The translations under genes were made by a program, and so were the position numbers. DNA of 64,000 nt from a virus (lineage: Duplodnaviria > Caudoviricetes): positions 1-64,000 of IMG/VR virus record IMGVR_UViG_3300024331_000061. One strand, given 5' to 3'. Numbering within the stretch: position 1 is the stretch's first letter; each line of letters opens with the position of its first letter. This document shows, piece by piece, positions 35,368 through 43,400 of this stretch. The notes beneath the pieces are model-generated. The model ran no database searches. It was given only the letters and a program-made list of their open reading frames with translations, and had not been told where the DNA came from.

Positions 35368-35937
35368 CTACCTGCCTGCCTGGGCTCGCTGGCGGACGCG
35401 GCTCGGGATGATGTCCTCGGCGTCCACCTGGCGAGCGCCAGCCCCCGGATCGCCGTCCCAGTTCTCGCTGCCCGGCTGCGGCTCCTGGCCCTCGGGCACC
35501 TCGCGGTACTCCACGGCTGAGCTGCCCGGCGGGTCCGGTCGCGCGAAGTCCGTCCCCGGCGGGGGAGGGGGCGGCGCATGCAGCGCGCCGGACACCGCCT
35601 TGGGCGGGACGCGGCGCAGCGGCTCGCTGGTCGATCCGGGTCCGGTGGCCGGGCGGATCACCGCGATCCGGCGTCCGTCCCTGACGCCGTGCCGCATGTA
35701 CGTCGCGGCCTCGGCCTCGGTCAGGTGCACCGTCTCGCCCGCCAGCACCAGGTCCGTGTTCTTCTCCGGGTCTCCCCGGCGCGGCACGGACAGCGGGATC
35801 AGGGCGATGTAGGGGTCACCGATGCGGACAGCGGGGGCCATGCCCGCGCTGGCCCGCGCGAGCAGGTCGTCCAGCGTCTTCTGCTCGCTGGCGGTGAGCG
35901 GCCGGGTTTCCTCGGCAGCCTTGGGCTGGGCGGGCAT
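35368..35937 (-). CDS. Hypothetical protein after major capsid gene
   Basis: 189 aa, TGATG coupled to MCP. Confidence 0.7.
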   Translation of the reverse strand: MPAQPKAAEETRPLTASEQKTLDDLLARASAGMAPAVRIGDPYIALIPLSVPRRGDPEKNTDLVLAGETVHLTEAEAATYMRHGVRDGRRIAVIRPATGPGSTSEPLRRVPPKAVSGALHAPPPPPPGTDFARPDPPGSSAVEYREVPEGQEPQPGSENWDGDPGAGARQVDAEDIIPSRVRQRAQAGR

Positions 35938-36848
35938 CAGACTCCAGAGAGCAGGCAGATGGCCAGCGGCTGGTCGAGGCCGATGGCGGAAGCCCGCTGG
36001 GTGTCGGAGCGCCAGGTCTTCCTGGGCTCGTCACGGTAGAGGGGACCGGCGACGTAGGGCAGCTCGTCCGCGAAGAACCCGGCGCGCTGGCGCTGCATGA
36101 CGATCGCGTTGCCAGCCGGGACCTGGCGGCTGACCAGCACGTCCAGGTTGAAGATCTTCTGCGGGAGCTTGCCGGTGTAGAGCAGGTTCTCGCTGGCGAT
36201 GTCACCGATGTACGGCGCGGCGAACGTGCTGCTCTGGAGCAGCGTGTTCTTGGTGCCGTGGTTGATGATCAGCGTGTCGGCCTCGAAGCCGAGCCACTGC
36301 GTGACCCCGGACGGGCTGACGATGTTGGCGTTCTCGATGAGGAAGCACGCCTGGGCCAGGTCAGCCCGGATGGTGGCCGCAGCCGACGCCCAGGTGTTGC
36401 TCACCGCGAGCGTCTGGATGCTGGAGTTGGCCACCACCGCCGAGTAGAAGGCGGTGTTCCAGCTGTAGACCATGGTGTTCTTGACCTGCATGAGCTGCCG
36501 GGTCACCGGGTCTACCGCCTGGCGGCGGCGCATCTCGTCCGAGAGCATGATGGCCATCGCGCGCTCGTGCGTGAAGACCACTCGCGGGATGCCGATGCTC
36601 GTCGGCACGACGGGCACCTCACCGAACTCTGGCCGGATCTCGGGGTAGTCATCCGCGTACAGCGGCGTGCTCTCCGAGTACCTGACTGCACCACTTGGTG
36701 CAGCCCCGCCCATGCGCAGCACCGAGTCCATCACGAACTCGTTCTGGGTCATGTCGAGGATGAGAGCAGGAATGACCAGGGGGTCCTTCAGCAGCTCATT
36801 GACGGTAATGCGCGGTGCATCGCTGTAGCCGCGAGTCCCTACCGGCAT
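35937..36848 (-). CDS. Major capsid protein (HK97 fold, capsid-E-like)
   Basis: 303 aa after protease and decoration genes; EFGEVPVV, DTLIINHGT, VLVSRQVP, GFFADELP; AAGGAG RBS. Confidence 0.85.
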   Translation of the reverse strand: MPVGTRGYSDAPRITVNELLKDPLVIPALILDMTQNEFVMDSVLRMGGAAPSGAVRYSESTPLYADDYPEIRPEFGEVPVVPTSIGIPRVVFTHERAMAIMLSDEMRRRQAVDPVTRQLMQVKNTMVYSWNTAFYSAVVANSSIQTLAVSNTWASAAATIRADLAQACFLIENANIVSPSGVTQWLGFEADTLIINHGTKNTLLQSSTFAAPYIGDIASENLLYTGKLPQKIFNLDVLVSRQVPAGNAIVMQRQRAGFFADELPYVAGPLYRDEPRKTWRSDTQRASAIGLDQPLAICLLSGV

Positions 36849-36871
36849 CGGTCACTCCTTTGTTGTTCAGG

Positions 36872-37369
36872 TCAGACGGTGAGTCGGACGCGGCCGAGGA
36901 AGAAGGATGCCGCGCCCTGGCCGCCGATCTGCTGGGTGAGCATGGCCGCAGCCACGCCTCCGGGGTGCGTGCACTTGCCGACGATCTGGTCCGTCGCGGG
37001 GGCGACACCGCCTGTGATGAGCGTGCCGTTGGCCGCTGCGATGACCAGCTGGCCCTGCGGCACCGCGCCCGAGAACCAGGCCCAGATGTCCGTGTGGCCG
37101 TAGTAGACGGACACGTAGTCGGTCAGCACGCTGATGTCGATCAGCGGCTGGCCGTAGGCGTTCGCCGCTCCGGTCTGGGTGGCGATGACGTTGGCGTCGT
37201 TGCCCGCGATGCCGAGCGCGAACTTGGACGCCGCCGTGCACGGCTTGACCGTGAGGTCCGTGGTGGGGTTGGTCACCGTAGTGAACTCAACGAGCTGTCC
37301 GCCGTAGATCAGCGTGCTGACCTGGAAGTTGGCAGGACCCATCTTGTAGTGCGGAAGGACTGCACTCAT
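36872..37369 (-). CDS. Capsid cement/decoration protein (DUF2190-like)
   Basis: IYGGQLVE...ALGIAGNDA...GAVPQGQLVIAAANG...IVGKC; position upstream of MCP. Confidence 0.65.
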   Translation of the reverse strand: MSAVLPHYKMGPANFQVSTLIYGGQLVEFTTVTNPTTDLTVKPCTAASKFALGIAGNDANVIATQTGAANAYGQPLIDISVLTDYVSVYYGHTDIWAWFSGAVPQGQLVIAAANGTLITGGVAPATDQIVGKCTHPGGVAAAMLTQQIGGQGAASFFLGRVRLTV

Positions 37370-37393
37370 CCGACTATCTCTCTTTCCGGGTTG

Positions 37394-37597
37394 CTAGCTG
37401 CCGTTCGATACGGCGAAGCCGAGTCCGAGCTGGTCGTGCATGGTGGTAGTGGCCACGGCCCGCAGGTTGCCCGCGCCGAGCGCGGTTACCTCGGCCGCGC
37501 TCAGCTCCAGCACCTGCTTGACGAAGACCACTTTGGCCGGGTGCTGGTAGTCGGTCGCCGCGATGGTGACCGGGACGGTTACGACGAATCGTGACAT
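37394..37597 (-). CDS. Small beta-rich virion-region protein
   Basis: 67 aa, ALGAGNLR motif. Confidence 0.65.
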   Translation of the reverse strand: MSRFVVTVPVTIAATDYQHPAKVVFVKQVLELSAAEVTALGAGNLRAVATTTMHDQLGLGFAVSNGS

Positions 37598-38794
37598 CTA
37601 CGACAGGCCCATCTGCTGCTTGGCCCGCGCGATCACGTCGGCGCGCGAGGTCTCCGCAGCGGTGGCCTGGGCGTCCTCGGGGCCTTCCATCGCGGAGCCC
37701 AGCTCCACGCCGAGGTCGAGCATCTGCGCCATCTTGGCGTACTCGCTCAGCACCCGGCGCATGACCTGGCCGGCGTCCACCCGCGTGCCGCCGGTCAGCT
37801 CGATCACGTGCCCGGAGCCCTGGAGCAGCGGCCGGGCCAGCTCGGTGATGTACGGCGGGATGCCGAGGTCAGCCAGGCTGCGCTTCTCGCCCTCGAACTT
37901 CTGGGCATCGAACTGGACCTGGAAGACACCCAGCTGGCGCTCGGTCTCGTCGGCGCGGGCGTTGGCCAGGTCGATGGCCATCTGGGCCTGGTTGGTCAGG
38001 CCGGTGGCGGCAGCGCCAGCCCCGGTCTCGGCCAGGAACTCGCTCTCCAGGTCGGCCAGGTCCTCGTCGCTCATCGCCTCGATGAGGTCGGCCAGCTCCT
38101 GGTCGGTCAGCTCGTTGTCGGGCTGGCCGCCGGTGCCGTTGGTGCCGCTGGCCGGGGGAGCTGGCGGTGCCGTGCCGAGCAGCTTGTCCAGGGCAGCCGC
38201 GTCCAGGTTGAGCAGCCTGGTCAGGTTGGCCTGCTGCTGGGCGTTCAGTTCGGGCATGGTGTCTTCCTCCCCAGCAAAGCTGGCTCCGGTGAGATCGATG
38301 ACAAGAGACGGCGTGTTGGCCGCCTCGATGGTCTGCCACGCGCCCAGACCGGGGATGCGCGGGTCCAGCGTGCCGAGGACGTGCTGCACGGCGGCGGGGT
38401 AGAACTTACCGTCTGACCTGGCATAATTCTCGACAATCCTGGCCGACACCCCCAAATACGGGTTCTCCCTCAGCACCTGCTCGCCGCGCTCGGTGGGCTG
38501 GAGGTACAGCCAGAGGCCGTCATCCTCGGAGCGGAGGTCCGTGATGGTGCCCCTGTGACGCTCGGGATCGTTGGTGTGCGTGTTCTTCGCGTCGGCTAGC
38601 TGGAAGGACACCTGGTCGTAGGCGCGGTCGCGGAACGCCTGCGCCAGGCTGTCGTTGTAGTCCTTGCTGAAGTGCAGCATGCGGCCCTGGTACTCCACGT
38701 CATCGACGGGCAGCACGCGCTTCTTCCAGAGCCGGTTGCCCAGCTCGATCGCGTTGCCCCGGAAGAACGGGGTCAGGACCGCAGCGGTATCCAT
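37598..38794 (-). CDS. Mu-like prohead protease with C-terminal scaffold
   Basis: N-terminal NTHTNDPE...DGLWL...LGVSARI...VLGTLDPRIPGL protease-like part; acidic coiled-coil C-terminal half. Confidence 0.8.
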   Translation of the reverse strand: MDTAAVLTPFFRGNAIELGNRLWKKRVLPVDDVEYQGRMLHFSKDYNDSLAQAFRDRAYDQVSFQLADAKNTHTNDPERHRGTITDLRSEDDGLWLYLQPTERGEQVLRENPYLGVSARIVENYARSDGKFYPAAVQHVLGTLDPRIPGLGAWQTIEAANTPSLVIDLTGASFAGEEDTMPELNAQQQANLTRLLNLDAAALDKLLGTAPPAPPASGTNGTGGQPDNELTDQELADLIEAMSDEDLADLESEFLAETGAGAAATGLTNQAQMAIDLANARADETERQLGVFQVQFDAQKFEGEKRSLADLGIPPYITELARPLLQGSGHVIELTGGTRVDAGQVMRRVLSEYAKMAQMLDLGVELGSAMEGPEDAQATAAETSRADVIARAKQQMGLS

Positions 38795-38796
38795 GG

Positions 38797-39519
38797 CTAC
38801 TTCCCGAAGTTGTCGGCCCGCTTGGCGAAGGCGTGCGCCTTCTCGGGCGGCCAGCCCTTGGCCCGCAGCTTCTTGTGCACGCTCTTGCCCTTGGGACCGA
38901 GGTCCTTGGGCGTGTCGTCATCCTCGTCATTGTCGTCGTCCGAGCTGCCTGAGCTGGTGACGCGAGCACCGTTCGATGAGCTGGAGTTCGGGAAGGCGAA
39001 CGTGCGGATGGCCGGGACGCCGAAGTGCTCCATCAGCGGGGTCTGGACGGCGGGCGGCTGGAGTCCGGGGGACTCAGCTGGCCTGGCCAGGCTGGCCGTG
39101 CCCTTGTTCCAGGTGGCGAGCAGCTCGCCCAGCGCGCCGCGCTGGTGCGTGTGCGGGCTCAGCTCCTTGCCCTCGTAGACGGCCTGCCAGCCCTGGTCCC
39201 CCTGCCGGATCTCCCCGATCATCCCGCCGCCCCGGCGGTGCCGGATCGAGGCGGTGCCCTGCGGCGTGCGGCTGACCAGCACGTCATTCGGGCTGGCAAC
39301 CGGGTAGCGCGGGGTAGCCATGTCAAGCTGCGTTGACAGGCTGACCGTCTCGGCACGGTAGCCGCACCGGGGACAGGCACCCGGCGCGGGGCTGTTGCCG
39401 TCGCCCGCGAACTCCATCACGCCCTGGCCGCGAGCACGGCTGGCGATGAAGGCGGCGAGTTCAGCTGGGTTCGCTGCCCCTCGCGCGGCGAGCGTTCCCG
39501 TTGCCAGGCGACCGGCCAT
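38797..39519 (-). CDS. Head-region modular protein
   Basis: Probable start MAGRL at 39519 (GGAGG RBS); CPRC, STQLDMA linker, basic C-terminal module. Confidence 0.65.
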   Translation of the reverse strand: MAGRLATGTLAARGAANPAELAAFIASRARGQGVMEFAGDGNSPAPGACPRCGYRAETVSLSTQLDMATPRYPVASPNDVLVSRTPQGTASIRHRRGGGMIGEIRQGDQGWQAVYEGKELSPHTHQRGALGELLATWNKGTASLARPAESPGLQPPAVQTPLMEHFGVPAIRTFAFPNSSSSNGARVTSSGSSDDDNDEDDDTPKDLGPKGKSVHKKLRAKGWPPEKAHAFAKRADNFGK

Positions 39520-39600
39520 GCGCCCTCCAAGTCTCAACCTCTACTTGAGAGTCAGCGTAGACCGTCAAGCGGCGGATGTTAGCACCCGCCGCGCCTGAAA

Positions 39601-39741
39601 TCAGGAATCACCACGCTGGATAGCCTCGTCAACGAACATTTCGGCGGCCTTCGCGGCGTCCTCGGGCTCCATGCCCTTGTCCTCGAACGAGTTCTTCATC
39701 ACGGTGATCGCGGTCTGCCGGACATCCTCGGGAACTGGCAT
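39601..39741 (-). CDS. 46-aa acidic helical protein (below ORF-track cutoff)
   Basis: MPVPEDVRQTAITVMKNSFEDKGMEPEDAAKAAEMFVDEAIQRGDS; TGATG coupled. Confidence 0.6.
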   Translation of the reverse strand: MPVPEDVRQTAITVMKNSFEDKGMEPEDAAKAAEMFVDEAIQRGDS

Positions 39742-40424
39742 CAGACCTTCTTGACGAACTCGGTGATGAGCTGGACGGCGATAGGCCCGAGCGCGGCTGC
39801 GATGGCAATCATCGGGGCCACGCCGACTGCGGACAGGGCCATGGCGATGATGGCACCCGCCAGCGCCACGCCGCCCTCGATGGCCAGCCGCGTCCGGGCC
39901 GCCTTCTGCTCCTTGAGGTCCTGCGCGGCCTTGGTGGCTTCCAGCTCCTTGTTGGTCTTGTCAACCTTGTCGATGATCTCGTGCACGATCGCGGCGTGCT
40001 CGGCGCGCAGCTGCCCGGCCATCTCGGCTGCGGCGGCTGCGGCGCGGGCCTTCGCCACGGCATCTACCTCCGGGGCCACCTTGGGCAGCTCCCCAGACCC
40101 GGACTTGGACTTGTCCTTGGCCTGGCTGCTGATCAGCACGGCCCCGCGCGTCCACTCGCCGTGCAGCCCGCGCATCTCGTGCTCCCATGCGGCCAGGTCC
40201 ATCACCTGCTCAGCGATCCCGGCGAGCTGCACCGGGGCCAGCCTGGCCAGCATGGTGCCCACGTCCTGGATCTCGCGCAGCGCGGCCCCGGTGGCCGACC
40301 TGGCCAGCTCGCGGACCCTGGACCGGCCCTCGGCCGCACGGGCGGCCGGGTCCTCGTAGACCCAGCTCAGCACGCCGTACGCCTGCCGCCCCTGGAGCGT
40401 GTCACCGCCAGCCCTGGCACCCAT
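39741..40424 (-). CDS. Head-region protein with linker motif, coiled coil and C-terminal TM segments
   Basis: EQVMDLAAWEHEMRGLHGEW; hydrophobic C-terminus. Confidence 0.75.
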   Translation of the reverse strand: MGARAGGDTLQGRQAYGVLSWVYEDPAARAAEGRSRVRELARSATGAALREIQDVGTMLARLAPVQLAGIAEQVMDLAAWEHEMRGLHGEWTRGAVLISSQAKDKSKSGSGELPKVAPEVDAVAKARAAAAAAEMAGQLRAEHAAIVHEIIDKVDKTNKELEATKAAQDLKEQKAARTRLAIEGGVALAGAIIAMALSAVGVAPMIAIAAALGPIAVQLITEFVKKV

Positions 40425-43400
40425 CAGGCTGCTCTCCCTTCACGGGCCATGCGCTCAGTATGCGCCGTCTGGTGCACGGTGCGGACGGCGGCGCGGTGCG
40501 CGTTCACGGCGGCTTCCTGCCCGGACCAGGCTTCCAGGATGGCCCGCCTGGTCTCGACCTCCACCCTGGCCATCGCTATCTCATCCGTCAGCAGCGGCGC
40601 GTCGGGCGAGTCCTTCAGCGCGGCCATGATCACCTGGCGGGCCATCACGTTCACCTTGCGGGACGCGCCCTCGCGGTTGATCTCGTCGGACAGCTCACGG
40701 GTCCGGGCGTAGCCGGGCGTGCTCATCCGCAGGTCGCCGTGGCCCTCGTCCTGGGCCACCTGCTGCACCCAGTCCTGGGCCATGGCGGTCTGCCAGCCGT
40801 AGTGCCCCCAGGCGCTGCCGTTCTTGATCTTCACCGGGTCCTGGGCCGCCAGGGCCATGTCCGCCAGCGTCTGCATCTGGAACCGCATCACGCCCGGCTC
40901 CGCAACCTTCCGTTCCCCGATGCCCATCGCCTTGAGGAACTCGGGGGCGTGGTGGATGGTGGCCAGCTCCGTGAACCCTTCCTCGATCGCGCCCGTGGCC
41001 GGGTCCTGGTAGGCGCGCTGGTGGTCGCTGTATTCCTCGCGGTACAGGGTCCTGATGCCGAACGACCGGCGCTTTTCGTTGATCTTGGCCTCGCTGCCGC
41101 CGATGTCCGCGTGGGTGAACTCGTGCAGCAGCACCTCAGCTGAGTCAGGGTGATCGACCGGGCGGAACTGGTGGGCCATCATTTCCTCGATGCTCCTGGC
41201 CACCACGCCTGAGACTTGCAGCTCCCCGGACCAGCTCATCTGACCGGCGGTGTCGGGGTCATCGATGCCCACGGTGACCTTGCCGTTCCACGCCTCGCGC
41301 CCGCCGCCCAGCAGGCCCGGCACCAGCGGAGCGCCTTTGGCCGCGAAGTCCCTGACGGCCTTGTGCATCGACTCGTAGGACCCCTCGCCCTGGAGCGGCG
41401 GGATGTCCTCCCCGGAGGGCGGGGTCTCCCTGCCGACCGCCGAGCCGTCGAGCCACTTGTTCATGTGCGACCACCGGCCCCGGTCATCCCGGCTCTCCAG
41501 CGGGTTGAAGTGCCAGGCTAGGAGGACCTGATCCCGGATTGAACCGCCGTGGCCAGCTCGGCTGCCATCGCCAGCCGCTCGTCCTCGGGCAGGTCCGCGT
41601 AGCCCTCCGGGACCTTGACCAGCACCTTGGTTGGCGTGCTCTGTGATGCGTCCGCCACCGCTGCCTCCTGTCGGGATCTCGGCGTAGTCCGGGAGGCTGT
41701 AGACCGAGATCTGGTTCCGCGACCTGCCCGCCGCTACCGCCATGGACTTGCTGGCGAAGTTGTCGCTGGGCTCCAGCCACAGCTTGCCGTCGTGCACCCA
41801 TCCGCCCAGGTACGCCTGCTTCCCGGTGAACGAGTTCTTCTCGGCCATGATCATGTCATCGATGGCGCGGGTCAGCTTCGCGTGGTCGTCCAGGATGGCG
41901 GCCGGGTACGTGTGCGTGTGGTCTACCTGGGCCACCATGTACCCGCCGGGCGGGCTCTCTCCCGTCCGCACGCTGACGCTGAAGCCCTTGTGGTGCGCAG
42001 CAGCCGTACTGGCTGCGCTCTCAGCTGCGCCGAACCGGGTCCACCGTCCCCGGCTGTCCCGCAGCTCAGCCAGCTCGACAGCCTGCCCGCTGATGGTAGC
42101 CAGCCCGGCTGCCTTCTTCCTCAGGGCCAGGTAGTTCGCCCACCGGATCATCGTCTCGGTGTGCCAGAGCGAGCGCCCGTGGCTGGCGAAGTCAGCCTGC
42201 ATGGACCGCAGCCGGGCCTCCATGGCGCGGACCTCGCCCTCGGGGATGCCGTTGGGGTTGGCGAACAGGGCGCGGGTGAACGGGCTGACGGTGCCCTTCT
42301 GCCCGTTCGGGCCGACTACGCCCGGCCGGAAGCCGTTGGTGCCGTAGGCACTTGAATTGTCAATCGGGACCGGCTTGTCCCCGTCCATCAGGTAGTTGTG
42401 CGAATGCCTGTCCGGGTTGTCGATCAGGTAGTCGAGCATCCCGATCCGCAGGCCCCTCGGGCTGGAGAACAGGTCCGGCATCGCGTCGTACGGGTCCTCG
42501 GGGTCCACGTTGCGGTCTGCCAGGTAGCGCTCGGCCAGCACGCCCTTGCTGAAGGCCATGGTGACCTGCTTCGGCCCGCTGCGGTGCACGGCCGGTGCCC
42601 CGGTGCCCTCCACCGCGTCAGCCACGGTGGCCGCCAGCTCTTCGGAGTCGGCCAGGTCCTTGGCCGGGTGGCCCTGCCAGTCGAGCAGCGTCTTCTGGAC
42701 CGCCTTCTGGCCGTTGTTCAGAGTCAGGATCTCGGTCCTGCCCTGGAGCCCGTCACCGAGCTTCTTGTGCGAGGCGATCCCGCTGGCCAGGTCGCTGGCC
42801 ACCCGCGCCACGCCACCCCGCGTCCAGCGCCCGTGCCGGTCCCGCAGCTCGTGCTCCCAGACGGCCAGCTCGACGGCCTCGTTCCAGTCGCTGACCACCT
42901 GAGCCAGGCTGGTCGTGCCGGGGTGCAGCGGCAGGCCCTCGGCCCCGGCGTACTTCGCCCACTTAGCCCAGGCATTCCTCAGCATGGTCGTGCGGCCCTT
43001 GGCGCGGGCGTTCTCGGGGCTGGCGGGGTCGGCGGCCTGGACCGCCGTGACGGCCAGGTTGGCGCTCTGCTGGTGCAGCCAGGTGATGGCCTGGAGCTGG
43101 TGCGGCGCGATCGGCGTGCCCTGCTCGTTGAGCTGGCGGGCTGCCTCGCGGTACTGGTCCGCGACGTACTCGTGGTAGCGGGCCTTGCCGATCGGCGGCT
43201 CGATGTTGTCGGGCAGCCGTACGCCCATGGCCACGGACAGGGCGTGCCGGTCGATCACCACATGGCCCTTGGTGTCGGACGGGGCATCGCCGCCGTTCTC
43301 GATAAGGTGCGCGAACGCCCTGGTCTTGGGTGCCTGGAGCGCCTCGTCCACGGTGGCTCCGTCCAGGGCCTCCTGGGCGTTGGCCTGCATGGCCCCGCTG

